Notes: a model not told the origin generated them from the letters alone. DNA of 64,000 nt from Limnochordia bacterium (GCA_050951545.1 JBMNJG010000012.1:365382-429381), one strand, 5' to 3'; positions 37,198-47,203 are shown, numbered from the stretch's first letter. Numbers and translations: made by a program.

Positions 37198-38247
37198 ATG
37201 GACTCTGTGCGTTTCGCGGTGATTGGCTGTGGCAACATTAGCCAGGCGCACGTGCATGCTATTCAGAGGACCGAGGGTGCGAGTTTGGCAGCTGTTGTGG
37301 ATATTGCTGAACCCCGGGCTCGTGAGGTCGCCAACCGAACTGGCTGTCGCTGGTATACTTCGCTCGAAGCCCTATTAAACGACAGCATCACCATTGATGC
37401 CGTTAGCATCTGTACCGCCAGCGGTCTGCATATGGAACCTGCAATGCAGGCTGCAAGTGCAGGGAAGCACGTGCTGGTAGAGAAGCCCTTGGAGACTACT
37501 GTGGAGCGGTGTAATGCTATCATCCGGGCTTGTGAGGAGAACAACGTGCTCTTGGGCGGCGTGTTCCAGAGTCGCTTTTTTCCCGGCAATCTACTCGTCA
37601 AACGGGCCGCTGCCAGCGGGGCGTTTGGCCGTTTGCTGCTTGGAGAAGCAGCCGTGAAGTGGTTTCGACCCAAGAACTACTTTACCAGTGCTGGTTGGCG
37701 CGGAACCTGGCGCTTTGACGGTGGTGGTGCGCTCATGAATCAGGGCATACATCAAGTGGACTTGCTGCAATGGATTATGGGACCCGTAGCTTCGGTACAC
37801 GCCACTACTCGCCGCATGGTCCATGAGTCCATCGAGGTGGAGGATCTTGCGGTAGCGCTTCTGCAGTTCACCAACGGTGCTGTGGGCGTTGTTGAGGCCA
37901 GTACAGCCATCATGCCCGGCTATCCAAAACGCCTGGAGATCCACGGTTCGGATGGTGGTGCCATCGTTGAGGATGATATCATCCTGCAGAGCACTGGAAT
38001 CACCGAGGGGCCTGAGTTGTTGAGCGCGCAGCAGAAGCAGGTTCAGACAAGCACGTTCTCTGATCCAATGGCCATGTCATTTGCAGGACATGAAAGGCAG
38101 GTAGCCGATTTTGTCCAGGCCATCCGATCTGGCGGCACTCCCATCGTCACTGGCAGAGAAGCCCGCAAGGCAGTCGAGATCGTGACGGCAGTCTATGAAT
38201 CCGCTCGCACTGGCAAGACTGTGGAGCTGAATACAGGCTCCCATTAG
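37198..38247 (+). CDS. Gfo/Idh/MocA family oxidoreductase
   Basis: IGCGNI, VEKP, WRGTW..DGGGALMNQGIH and EVED motifs. Confidence 0.92.
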   Translation: MDSVRFAVIGCGNISQAHVHAIQRTEGASLAAVVDIAEPRAREVANRTGCRWYTSLEALLNDSITIDAVSICTASGLHMEPAMQAASAGKHVLVEKPLETTVERCNAIIRACEENNVLLGGVFQSRFFPGNLLVKRAAASGAFGRLLLGEAAVKWFRPKNYFTSAGWRGTWRFDGGGALMNQGIHQVDLLQWIMGPVASVHATTRRMVHESIEVEDLAVALLQFTNGAVGVVEASTAIMPGYPKRLEIHGSDGGAIVEDDIILQSTGITEGPELLSAQQKQVQTSTFSDPMAMSFAGHERQVADFVQAIRSGGTPIVTGREARKAVEIVTAVYESARTGKTVELNTGSH

Positions 38248-38507
38248 GATGGTGCATCGGTGGGCGCCGTGCCCATGGTCGTCGTGTCCCCTCGAATGGG
38301 TTGGCCACGGAGATCGAACTGCGCTGTCTCCTTGAGCAAGTCATCCAGGAGCCGCACTTGCTCTTCCTTCAGACGGATGATGCGCAGGACTTTCTCTCGT
38401 AGCTGGCCTGCTCTTGTATGAAGCAATAGTTCGCTGTAATCATGCCGTAGCAGCAAGCGCTCGAGCAAGAGCAGTTTTTCGGTCAAGTGATCATGCACAG
38501 CCGACAC
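38244..38507 (-). CDS. Small helical hypothetical protein
   Basis: GTG with GGAG RBS; Leu-rich helical sequence. Confidence 0.55.
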   Translation of the reverse strand: MSAVHDHLTEKLLLLERLLLRHDYSELLLHTRAGQLREKVLRIIRLKEEQVRLLDDLLKETAQFDLRGQPIRGDTTTMGTAPTDAPS

Positions 38508-38517
38508 CTCCGGTCAG

Positions 38518-38838
38518 CTACTGCGTCAGCAAGTAGTCGTTCATCCAGCGTGTGCGCGGAGCTGCAGCCATCTCTCGCACACATCCAATCATGAAGTGGA
38601 TGCGCAGAAACTCAGGAAACCAGTGGACCGCGATCACTTCACCGTCAGCAACATGCAGGGCATGCCCGTCGTCGCCCAACAAGAAGACATGGATCTGGCC
38701 ATGATCGCTACTCCGTTTCATTTCGCGTAGAAGCTCCGGGCTGATCTGGCTTTCCGCGTAGGCCAAGTGATAGAAGCCACCAGGTCCTATCTTCTTCATG
38801 TTCTCTAGCACCCACACCCGTCGAATCGCGGCCTGCAT
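38518..38838 (-). CDS. Small hypothetical protein
   Basis: ATG with GGAGG RBS, downstream of a SigK-like promoter. Confidence 0.55.
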   Translation of the reverse strand: MQAAIRRVWVLENMKKIGPGGFYHLAYAESQISPELLREMKRSSDHGQIHVFLLGDDGHALHVADGEVIAVHWFPEFLRIHFMIGCVREMAAAPRTRWMNDYLLTQ

Positions 38839-38855
38839 ATGCTTTCCCTCCACCC

Positions 38856-38884
38856 TAGCATATGACAAGCGAAAGGCCGGGGTG
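38856..38884 (-). promoter_or_regulatory. Putative SigK promoter
   Basis: CACC-16 bp-CATATGCTA matches mACm-16-CATAnnnTA. Confidence 0.5.
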
Positions 38885-38963
38885 TCAGATCATTCAAAGA
38901 CAAGAGAGCGGGACGCTTTGTGTGCCCGCTCTCTTCTTGATCGCCCTGTGCGTTCGAGTGCCT

Positions 38964-39959
38964 CTAGCCTTGATCGCGCATCCCTGACTCAAACCCGATA
39001 GTCGAGGCCGGAAAATCCACTTCACGCATGAACTGTACCGCTTCGGCAGCACCATGTTCACGGTCCATGCCACTATCTTCCCACTCCACAGAGAGTGGTC
39101 CGTCATAGCCAATCTGGTTCAAAGCACGAATGATCTCCTCGAAGTTTACCTCTCCTCGACCTGGTGAGCGGAAATCCCACCCTCGTCGCGGATCGCCGAA
39201 GGGCAGATGTGAGGCCAGAATCCCTGTCCGGCCATCGAGGTTGGTGATGGCATCCTTGGCATGCACGTGGAAGATGCGGTCGGGAAACTCCCGAATGAAC
39301 TGCACAGGATCAACCATCTGCCAAAGAAGGTGGCTCGGGTCGAAATTGAAGCCGAACGCTGGGTGATGGCCAACCGCCGTGAGAGCCATGTGTGTGGAGT
39401 AGATGTCGAAGGCAATCTCGGTAGGATGGACTTCTAGGGCAAACTTGATGCCGTTGTCCTGGAAGACATCCAGTATGGGCCCCCATCGCTCGGCGAAGAG
39501 GTCATAGCCCTTCTTGATATCATCTGCATCAAGGGGCGGGAATGGATAGAACAGATGCCAGATCGACGAACCGGTGAAACCATTGACCACAGAGACACCC
39601 ATGTTGCGAGCCGCAATCGCGGTCCGCTTCATCTCTTCGGCTGCCCATGCAGACTTCTCTTCTGGCTTGCCCCTGAGTTCCGCTGGTGCCCAGTCGTCCG
39701 AGCGGTGATCATTGGGATCCAAAACCATCTGGCCAGCAAGATGGTTGCTGATTGCCCACACCTTCAGTCCGTATTGGCCCAGGAGTGCCTTATGCTGCTC
39801 ACAGTAGGCTTTGCTGGAGGCGCCCTGACCTACGTCGAAGTGGCCGCCCCAACAGGCCAACTCGAGCCCATCATAGCCCCATTTTGCTGCTTTCTGTGAC
39901 AGAGTCTCCAAAGAGAGATCGGTCCATTGCCCCGTGACCAGTGTGATCGGTCGTCCCAC
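38964..39959 (-). CDS. Sugar phosphate isomerase/epimerase (TIM barrel, AP endonuclease 2 family)
   Basis: GQWTDL, GYDGLELACWG, ALEVHP, NFDPSH, HAKD and SVEWED motifs. Confidence 0.88.
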   Translation of the reverse strand: MGRPITLVTGQWTDLSLETLSQKAAKWGYDGLELACWGGHFDVGQGASSKAYCEQHKALLGQYGLKVWAISNHLAGQMVLDPNDHRSDDWAPAELRGKPEEKSAWAAEEMKRTAIAARNMGVSVVNGFTGSSIWHLFYPFPPLDADDIKKGYDLFAERWGPILDVFQDNGIKFALEVHPTEIAFDIYSTHMALTAVGHHPAFGFNFDPSHLLWQMVDPVQFIREFPDRIFHVHAKDAITNLDGRTGILASHLPFGDPRRGWDFRSPGRGEVNFEEIIRALNQIGYDGPLSVEWEDSGMDREHGAAEAVQFMREVDFPASTIGFESGMRDQG

Positions 39960-40180
39960 GAGACTTCCCCCCAATTTCTGTGTATGTACTCAGTCTACCT
40001 AGTCTGAGCGGTTCCCTATTCCCACCCGGTTTCCCTTCATGTGGGGCAGACGCGAAGAAGACGAACTGCTCTGAGCGCGATTGTGATATCATAGACACAA
40101 TGAGCAATAAGCTCCTCCTGTGCGGAAATCCTGTTGGGTGCACGCACGAGGTAGCTGCACTTGATTAGCAGCCAGAGAGG

Positions 40181-40540
40181 GTGGGTATCTTGGTTACGGT
40201 CACAGAAAAAGCAAGCCAGCGCCTCAAGGAGGAGTTGGAGAAGGCCGGCCAGTCGGGCGTACGGCTTTACGTTCAACCCGGTGGATGCAGCGGCATCAGC
40301 TATGGAATGGCTTTGGACGAACCCCGTGATGATGATCTTGTCGTGGAACTGTCTGGATTCAAGATGTACATTGATCCTCTAAGTGGGCGCTATCTAAAAG
40401 GCGCAGAGGTCGGTTACGAAGAGTCAGCCACGGGTGGTACTTTCACCATCGACAACCCCAACGAAATACCCCATGCTGGTTGTGCTGGTTGTAGCAGCCG
40501 TTGCGGCCAGGCGCAAGAGGACGACCAAGACGACGAGTAG
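40181..40540 (+). CDS. A-type Fe-S carrier (HesB/IscA/ErpA family)
   Basis: VTEKA, GGCSG.SYGMAL and FTIDNPN, with C-terminal Cys residues. Confidence 0.88.
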   Translation: MGILVTVTEKASQRLKEELEKAGQSGVRLYVQPGGCSGISYGMALDEPRDDDLVVELSGFKMYIDPLSGRYLKGAEVGYEESATGGTFTIDNPNEIPHAGCAGCSSRCGQAQEDDQDDE

Positions 40541-40580
40541 TCTGTCTCGCCTTCAGAAGACGGCATTTGGACGCCCGAGG

Positions 40581-41249
40581 CTACTCCTCGGGCGTCTCTG
40601 CTGAGGCTTGCTGCGCGCTCTGTGTGGCCCTCTCCTCTCGCTTTCGGGCTTGGTCACAGGGCACTAGCGTAAGCCAGTTAGGCATTGCGGTAGGACGATC
40701 AGGACGACTGGGCAAGCGAACACCTACAATAGCTTGAGCCTTTCTGCGAAAGCGCAGTCGCCAATGGGCGTTTCTAATCGGACGCAGTGGGCTGAGTGTG
40801 CGGTATGTGACTCGGGGAACACCGTTAGCGGTGCGGGTGACAATGGCGCTGTGGTCAAATAGGCCGTCGCCATTCCAGTCATAGAAGACAAGATCACCTC
40901 TGCGCAGATTCCTCGCCAATCGCGGTCTCCGCAACAGGTCCAATGCTCCGCCGTAGTTAATCGTCAGGTAACGGATCAGCAGCGAGGGCAGCGACCAGGT
41001 ACATGACCACCAGTCATCGTTGTTTCCGTCGAAGCTATCGTCGCCGAGACGTCGGTACCACCATTCGGTGTCGTAGCCGACTGCTCGATAGTCCATTGTC
41101 CAGCCACCAGCGTGCAAGCACTGCGATGTGAAGTTGGTGCAGTCACCGCCTCCGCCCATGGTATCCATGTTGGCATAAGCTGGGTTGGGATGGAATACAT
41201 GCCTTAGTGCATATCGGACAGCTGCGGCTCGGTTGAAGGTCACCCGCAT
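40581..41249 (-). CDS. Amidase_6 domain protein (papain-like putative peptidoglycan amidase)
   Basis: FNRAAAVRYA, GDCTNFTSQCLHAGG and GDLVFYDWNGDG..DHSAIV motifs. Confidence 0.85.
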   Translation of the reverse strand: MRVTFNRAAAVRYALRHVFHPNPAYANMDTMGGGGDCTNFTSQCLHAGGWTMDYRAVGYDTEWWYRRLGDDSFDGNNDDWWSCTWSLPSLLIRYLTINYGGALDLLRRPRLARNLRRGDLVFYDWNGDGLFDHSAIVTRTANGVPRVTYRTLSPLRPIRNAHWRLRFRRKAQAIVGVRLPSRPDRPTAMPNWLTLVPCDQARKREERATQSAQQASAETPEE

Positions 41250-41374
41250 GCCGTCACCTCCAGGTGTCGGTGGTCCCTTGCAGGTTATGTGCGTTGGGTC
41301 ACGAAATGGAACGTAACACCTAAGAAAGGGCCGTAACGTGGGAGGAAGCTTGCGCCCCAGCATCATAGGATAGG

Positions 41375-41638
41375 TTGCAGGGAGAGGTGATCGGATTGGC
41401 CCTTATCACCACTGGCGCGATCTTCATACTGGCAGGTATCCTGGTTTCGCTCACAGGAATCGGGGCCGTGATTGGCGTCCCGTTGGCCGTGCTTGGGATC
41501 ATTTTCGGCATCCTGGGTCTTGCTGGGGCTGCCGTTGCCGTTGTACTGGCCTTTATCAAGCTAGTACTCTTTATCTTGTTCTCACCGTTCATCCTTTGCC
41601 TTTGGTTACTGCGACTGCTCTGGCATCTAGTTTCGTGA
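41375..41638 (+). CDS. Small hydrophobic membrane protein
   Basis: 87 aa, almost entirely hydrophobic, with motif SLTGIGAVIGVPL. Confidence 0.65.
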   Translation: MQGEVIGLALITTGAIFILAGILVSLTGIGAVIGVPLAVLGIIFGILGLAGAAVAVVLAFIKLVLFILFSPFILCLWLLRLLWHLVS

Positions 41639-41778
41639 CGGCCTGCCGATGCATGTAGGCCAGTCTCTCACAGGAAGCAAAAGGCATGGCTTCCCGTGTT
41701 GGTGACTACCGCCGCTGCGCCTTTTCAAGCGGCCACGGCGTCAGCACTCTCGCCTTAGCCACCGTGGCCGCCTTCTGC

Positions 41779-42450
41779 CTAGACTGGGGTGCCTCCGAAC
41801 GCCTGGTGGATGACGGGGAATCCTGCCGCCTCTAGGCCCTCAATCAGCCGAGCCGTGTCTTGGGTATCCACCTTCAACACAACCAGCGAGTGAGCTTCGC
41901 TCTGCTCCTCCTCGTCATCGAAAGCAGCGATCGCTAAGATACTGATCCCCAGGTCGCTCACCACGCGGGTCATTTTCGCCAAGACGCCTACACCATCCAC
42001 TACTCGCAGGGTAATGCGCGCCCCTGGCGCTGGAGCATGCATTAAGTCAACAAAGGCGTCAAACAGGTCACGCTCTGTGACGATTCCAATCAGTTTGCCA
42101 TCCTCGACTACAGGTAAGCCGCTGATGTGCAGATCGCGCATCAGAAGAGCGGCTTCCTCAACAGTGGCGGTTGGGCCAATCGCTACCGGATCAGCGGTCA
42201 TCACCTCTTTGATGCGCATTTTTGCCAGCAACGCGTTCTGTTCCCAGATCGACAGCGTTGTCGCCACCGAGGGAGAGATGCGCATCAGGTCAAGTTCAGT
42301 GACGATCCCTACCAGACGCTCGCCTCTGGTAACCAGAAGGCGACCGAAGTTACCTTTGCGCATGGCCTCCATGGCCTCACAGGCCGTCGTCTCTTCGGTT
42401 ACGGTGACAGGGCTAGGCGTCATCACTGCCCTAACAAGCATTTGCCTCAC
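41779..42450 (-). CDS. acuB: CBS-pair plus ACT domain protein AcuB
   Basis: Two CBS domains, SPSVATTLSIWE, C-terminal ACT; usual position after liv genes. Confidence 0.85.
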   Translation of the reverse strand: MRQMLVRAVMTPSPVTVTEETTACEAMEAMRKGNFGRLLVTRGERLVGIVTELDLMRISPSVATTLSIWEQNALLAKMRIKEVMTADPVAIGPTATVEEAALLMRDLHISGLPVVEDGKLIGIVTERDLFDAFVDLMHAPAPGARITLRVVDGVGVLAKMTRVVSDLGISILAIAAFDDEEEQSEAHSLVVLKVDTQDTARLIEGLEAAGFPVIHQAFGGTPV

Positions 42451-42492
42451 CTTCCAAAGATCCTAATCACGTTCACGGTCTCCGCAGCGGTA

Positions 42493-43203
42493 CTACCCAC
42501 CCAAGTAAGCCTTTCTGACCTCATCCATTGTCGCCACATCCCGTGCCTCTCCTGACAGAACCACTCGACCAGTCTCCAGCACATAGGCTCGGTTCGCAAT
42601 AGAGAGTGCCATGCGCGCGTTTTGCTCCACAAGAAGCACAGTCGTTCCTGACGCATTGATCTCTTGAATGATCCGAAAGATCTCTCTCACCAACAGTGGT
42701 GCCAGCCCCATGCTTGGTTCATCCAGAAGCAGGAGGGTCGGCGAAGACATCAGACCGCGTCCTATGGCGAGCATCTGCTGCTCGCCACCGCTCAGTGTAC
42801 CTGCTAACTGATGGCGACGCTCGTGAAGCCTAGGAAACAGCTCATAGACGTGCTTCATGTCTCGAGCCACGCCGACCCGGTCACGGTGCCGAAGGTAGGC
42901 GCCCAACTGCAGATTCACTTCGACAGACAAGTTCGCGAAGATCCGACGCCCCTCGGGAACCTGCACCACGCCCGCGGCAACGACCCTATGGGCTGGGAGG
43001 TTAGTGATATCGGTGTCTTGAAAGCAGATGGATCCGCTGCGGGCGTGCACCAGTCCGGAAATGCAGTTTAGGGTGCTGCTCTTCCCTGCCCCATTGGCAC
43101 CGATAAGGGTAACGATCTCTCCCTGCTCAACCTCAATGGAGAGGTCCTTGAGAGCATGTATGCCCCCGCCGTAGTATACGTTGATCCCTCGGACTCTTAG
43201 CAC
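42493..43203 (-). CDS. livF: Branched-chain amino acid ABC transporter ATPase
   Basis: GANGAGKS, VPEGRRIF, LSGGEQQM and DEPSMGLAP motifs. Confidence 0.93.
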   Translation of the reverse strand: MLRVRGINVYYGGGIHALKDLSIEVEQGEIVTLIGANGAGKSSTLNCISGLVHARSGSICFQDTDITNLPAHRVVAAGVVQVPEGRRIFANLSVEVNLQLGAYLRHRDRVGVARDMKHVYELFPRLHERRHQLAGTLSGGEQQMLAIGRGLMSSPTLLLLDEPSMGLAPLLVREIFRIIQEINASGTTVLLVEQNARMALSIANRAYVLETGRVVLSGEARDVATMDEVRKAYLGG

Positions 43204-43970
43204 TAGATGGCTTCCTCCCCCAGGTACGCTTTGATTACACGCCGGTCCGATCGCACCTGCGCTGGAGTCCCCTCCGCAATGGTCATCCCGTAGTCAAGCA
43301 CTGTGATGTGCTCACAGATACCCATCACTAGATTCATGTCATGCTCGATTAGCAGGATGGTCACCGCAAACTCTTGACGAATACGCTGTATAAACTCCAT
43401 CAGCTGGGCAGTCTCATTGGGGTTCATGCCGGCCGCTGGCTCATCTAACAAGAGCAAGCGTGGACGAGTAGCCAACGCTCGCGCGATCTCCACGAGACGT
43501 TGCTCCCCATAGGGCAGGTTACCTGCCATTTGATCAGCCTTGTCTTCGAGCTCCAAGATGCGCAACAGCTCAAGCGATGACTCAGTGATCTGGGCCTCTT
43601 CCTCGGCAATGCCAAGATGTAAGAGGGCTTGCACGAAGCCGTATCCCACGTGCCTGTGCTGGGCGATCATGACATTCTCAAGAACCGATCGGTTCTCGAA
43701 CAAGCGGATGTTCTGGAACGTGCGAGCCAGACCCATCCGCGTAACAGCGTGAGCTGGTAGGTGCGTGATGTCCTGGCCAGCGAGTACAATGGTCCCTTCG
43801 CTGGGATGCAGTAAGCCGGAGATCATGTTGAACACGGTGGTCTTTCCTGCCCCATTTGGACCGATGAGACCAACTAGACTTCCGTCTTCAACGCTCAGAT
43901 TCAGATTGGACACGGCGCGCAGGCCGCCAAAGGTCATGGCGAGTCCGCGCGTCTCAAGAAGCACCGCCAA
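43203..43970 (-). CDS. livG: Branched-chain amino acid ABC transporter ATPase
   Basis: GPNGAGKT, RTFQNIRLF, LPYGEQR and DEPAAGMN motifs. Confidence 0.93.
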   Translation of the reverse strand: MAVLLETRGLAMTFGGLRAVSNLNLSVEDGSLVGLIGPNGAGKTTVFNMISGLLHPSEGTIVLAGQDITHLPAHAVTRMGLARTFQNIRLFENRSVLENVMIAQHRHVGYGFVQALLHLGIAEEEAQITESSLELLRILELEDKADQMAGNLPYGEQRLVEIARALATRPRLLLLDEPAAGMNPNETAQLMEFIQRIRQEFAVTILLIEHDMNLVMGICEHITVLDYGMTIAEGTPAQVRSDRRVIKAYLGEEAI

Positions 43971-44925
43971 CTCGCTGTCCCTCCTTCCTCGGCACTAACC
44001 ACGATGGCAGCTCCAGCTCCCTCGTACCCATCAGTCCGGTCGGCCGGAAGACCATCATCAGGATCAGGGACAGGCTGTAGACAATCATTCGCTGGTACGG
44101 CCAGGGCGCCAGCGCCATCGACAGGAAGGTCAGCAAGATAGCTGCCAGCACTGATCCGGTCAGGCTACCCATGCCGCCAAGCACCACAATGATCAGGACT
44201 TCCACAGAGCGTAGAAAGCCAAAGCTCTGGGGACTGATGATGAAGAAGGCATGGGCATACAGCACTCCAGCTAAGCCAGCGAAGAAGGCCCCGATGGTGA
44301 AAGCAGCTACTTTATATGTGGTCGTGTTGATACCCATGGCTGAGGCAGCAATCTCGTCCTCGCGCACTGCAATGCAGGCTCGCCCGTGCGCGGACTGAAT
44401 CCAGTTGCGGAGCAGCAGCACCGAAAGTACCACTGAGGCGTAGAGCCAGGTAAAGGTGGTATAGCGTCGGCCGATCATCAGACCATGGGCACCACCTACA
44501 TAGGCCCAATTGAGGAAGAACACGCGAATAATCTCCCCTAGGCCAAGCGTGGCTATGGCGAGGTAGTCACCTCGTAGTCGGAGGGTTGGCAGCCCGATCA
44601 ACAAGCCAATGCACGCTGCCGCCAGAGCACCTATGATCAGCGCCACTGGGAAGGGCAGGTCGAACTTCACTGTACATATGGCTCCCACGTATGCCCCCAC
44701 ACTCATGAAACCTGCATGGCCCAATGAGAACTGACCAGTGAAGCCATTGATCAGGTTGAGGCTGGTACCCAGGATGATGAAGACACCAGCCAGCTTGATA
44801 TTGACCATCAGGTATTCATCGATAACGCCCAGCACCTGCAGCCCCATGACCAGAAGATAAAGACCAACTATGAGTCCTGCCCAGGTAAGTTGCTGTGAGT
44901 ATCGTTGAAACGCCACCGCTCTCAC
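43954..44925 (-). CDS. livM: Branched-chain amino acid ABC transporter permease
   Basis: GFTGQFSLGHAGF, RLRGDYLAIATLG and VVLGGMGS motifs. Confidence 0.93.
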   Translation of the reverse strand: MRAVAFQRYSQQLTWAGLIVGLYLLVMGLQVLGVIDEYLMVNIKLAGVFIILGTSLNLINGFTGQFSLGHAGFMSVGAYVGAICTVKFDLPFPVALIIGALAAACIGLLIGLPTLRLRGDYLAIATLGLGEIIRVFFLNWAYVGGAHGLMIGRRYTTFTWLYASVVLSVLLLRNWIQSAHGRACIAVREDEIAASAMGINTTTYKVAAFTIGAFFAGLAGVLYAHAFFIISPQSFGFLRSVEVLIIVVLGGMGSLTGSVLAAILLTFLSMALAPWPYQRMIVYSLSLILMMVFRPTGLMGTRELELPSWLVPRKEGQRVGGAS

Positions 44926-45800
44926 ACCTTTTCGTGTCCCTTTTTCCCAAGAAGCCCTGTAGGCTTGACGAGCAAGATCAGAATCAGAAGTGCAAACGCC
45001 ACCGCGTCACGATAGGTCGAAGACAAAAAGCCGCTTACCAACGACTCTGCGACGCCCATCAGGAGCCCGCCGAGCACAGCGCCCGGGATCACTCCGATAC
45101 CGCCAAGCACAGCAGCCACAAAAGCCTTCAGCCCAGGCATCACACCCATGAGCGGGTCGATGCGATTGTAGTAGATCCCCACTAGGAGTCCAGCCGCGCC
45201 AGCCAAGGCAGACCCCAAAGCAAATGTATAAGAGATCACCGAATCTACGTTGATGCCCATCAGCGCCGCGGCCTGTTCATCAAAGGATACCGCTCTCATG
45301 GCCTTGCCGGCTCGTGTGTGCTGCACTAGCAGTTGTAGGGCGATCATCAGCACCAGAGCAACCATCAGAATGAAGACCTGCTGCGCCGTGATAAGCAGGT
45401 CGCCGATATGCATCTGGTAGGAAGAGAGCAACTGGGGGTATGAACGCGGCTGCGGAGAAACTGCCCAAACCATGCTATACTCCAGAAAAAACGAGACGCC
45501 AATGGCAGTGATAAGCAATGTAATGCGTGGCTGACCACGCAGAGGTCGGTAGGCGAGGCGTTCCACTATCATGCCTAGCACCGCACATCCTGCCATGGAC
45601 ATACCAAGAGCTGGCAAAAACGGAAGCTTCATCACCGCAGTGGCAAGAAAGCCAATGAAGGCACCCATCATGTAGATGTCACCGTGAGCGAAGTTGATGA
45701 GGCGAACGATCCCATAGACCATTGTGTATCCCAGGGCGATAAGTGCATAGACACTTCCCAAAGAGATACCGTTGATTACCTGTTGAAAAAACTCTGTCAT
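44922..45800 (-). CDS. livH: Branched-chain amino acid ABC transporter permease
   Basis: ALGYTMVYGI..INFAHG and KAFVAAVLGGIG motifs. Confidence 0.93.
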   Translation of the reverse strand: MTEFFQQVINGISLGSVYALIALGYTMVYGIVRLINFAHGDIYMMGAFIGFLATAVMKLPFLPALGMSMAGCAVLGMIVERLAYRPLRGQPRITLLITAIGVSFFLEYSMVWAVSPQPRSYPQLLSSYQMHIGDLLITAQQVFILMVALVLMIALQLLVQHTRAGKAMRAVSFDEQAAALMGINVDSVISYTFALGSALAGAAGLLVGIYYNRIDPLMGVMPGLKAFVAAVLGGIGVIPGAVLGGLLMGVAESLVSGFLSSTYRDAVAFALLILILLVKPTGLLGKKGHEKV

Positions 45801-45843
45801 CGTTCGGCTCCTTCATGCGCATGTTTCGATCCAACAATAGTTC

Positions 45844-45875
45844 GAGCCCGGCGAGGAAATCCCTCCGCCGGGCTC
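45844..45875 (-). terminator. Hairpin after livK (mRNA stabiliser or partial terminator)
   Basis: gagcccggcg...cgccgggctc stem. Confidence 0.55.
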
Positions 45876-45905
45876 TTCCATTTACTTCCCCAGCGGGCTA
45901 GCAGT

Positions 45906-47063
45906 CTATGGTGTAATAACACCCCGAACGGACGGTACACCGTTCTTCAACTCGACAATAATGCCATCCTTGATGGGATTTCGATCTTCGCCCATGGTGA
46001 TAGTGGCGCGCAGAACTTTGAGATCCTCAGTTTCTGCCAACGCGTCTCGGATTGCGGCAGGAGTAGGCGACTCCGCTCGCTTCAATGCATCAACGAGAAT
46101 CCAGCCTGCTTCGTACCCCAAGGCTGCGAACGCATCTGGCACCTGACCGAACTTGGCCTCATAGGCCTGCACGAACTCCTGAACAGCAGGATCCTCGTCG
46201 CCTGCAGTATAGTGGTTCGTGAAGTAGATGTCATTTAGATTCTCGGCGCCAGCGATTTCGACGAGCTTGGCTGAGTCCCAACCATCACCGCCCGTAAGCG
46301 GTGCCTTGATGCCCATCTCGCGAGCCTGGCGAGCAATGGCGCCTTGTTCCTCATAGTAACCGGGGATGTAGATCATGTCAGCGCCAGATCCCTTGATCTT
46401 GGTCAGCTGTGGACGGAACTCGGTGTCCTTAGACAAATAGTTCTCCTCAGCAACGATCTTGCCACCCAAGGTCTCGAACCGCTCACGGAAGAAGCTGGCT
46501 AAAGCCGTGGAGTATGGATCGCCGCTGTTGACCAGCATCGCCACCTTGCGCGACTTAAGTGTGGTGTATGCGAAATCCGCCATAGCAGTGGCCTGGAAAT
46601 CGTCCATGAAGCAAGCGCGGAAGACATACTCGCCCACTTTCGTGACGTCTGGAGCTGTACCGGTCGGTGTCAGCATCGGGACCTTAAGGTTTTGCGCCAC
46701 ATTACCAGCAGCGATGGCGTTGCTGCTGATGACCGGACCCAGCATAGCCACGACCTTGTCCTTGGAGACCAGCTTCGTCGCCATATTGGTGGTCTCAGCG
46801 TTGTCGGACTTGTTGTCAGCCTCGATCAGCTTGATCTTGCGGCCCTCAAGCGCATCCTGTTCATTTGCGTGCTCAATCGCCAATACGATACCATTGCGAG
46901 CAGAGACTCCGAAACTAGCTACCCCACCCGTCAGCTCAAAGTTGCCGCCGATTCTAATATCCTTGCCGCCTGAGCGTTTCGACACGCCAACTCTGATACC
47001 CACCGCTATGACCAGCACAGCGATAATAATATAAACCCACTGCTTCTTCAAAACCCCCACCAT
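45906..47063 (-). CDS. livK: Branched-chain amino acid ABC transporter substrate-binding protein
   Basis: IRIGGNFELTG, DNKSD, FRACFMD and GGDGWD; N-terminal transmembrane segment or signal. Confidence 0.9.
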   Translation of the reverse strand: MVGVLKKQWVYIIIAVLVIAVGIRVGVSKRSGGKDIRIGGNFELTGGVASFGVSARNGIVLAIEHANEQDALEGRKIKLIEADNKSDNAETTNMATKLVSKDKVVAMLGPVISSNAIAAGNVAQNLKVPMLTPTGTAPDVTKVGEYVFRACFMDDFQATAMADFAYTTLKSRKVAMLVNSGDPYSTALASFFRERFETLGGKIVAEENYLSKDTEFRPQLTKIKGSGADMIYIPGYYEEQGAIARQAREMGIKAPLTGGDGWDSAKLVEIAGAENLNDIYFTNHYTAGDEDPAVQEFVQAYEAKFGQVPDAFAALGYEAGWILVDALKRAESPTPAAIRDALAETEDLKVLRATITMGEDRNPIKDGIIVELKNGVPSVRGVITP

Positions 47064-47116
47064 CCTTCCTGGTATGCACATATGCATTCCGGAGAGCAAA
47101 ATGCTCTATCGCCTAA

Positions 47117-47146
47117 ACTATAATCGTCTCAAGCGCAGACTGTCAA
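47117..47146 (-). promoter_or_regulatory. Sigma-A promoter of the liv operon
   Basis: TTGACA-18-TATAGT on the minus strand. Confidence 0.6.
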
Positions 47147-47203
47147 CGCTCAGGCGGCTTCAAAAGGGCCGAATACCCACTGTGCCCTATTGGCACACCC
47201 CAA

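Noticed and set aside
40181-40540. HesB-like selenoprotein
   Set aside because: The GGCSG Cys is encoded by TGC; there is no in-frame TGA.
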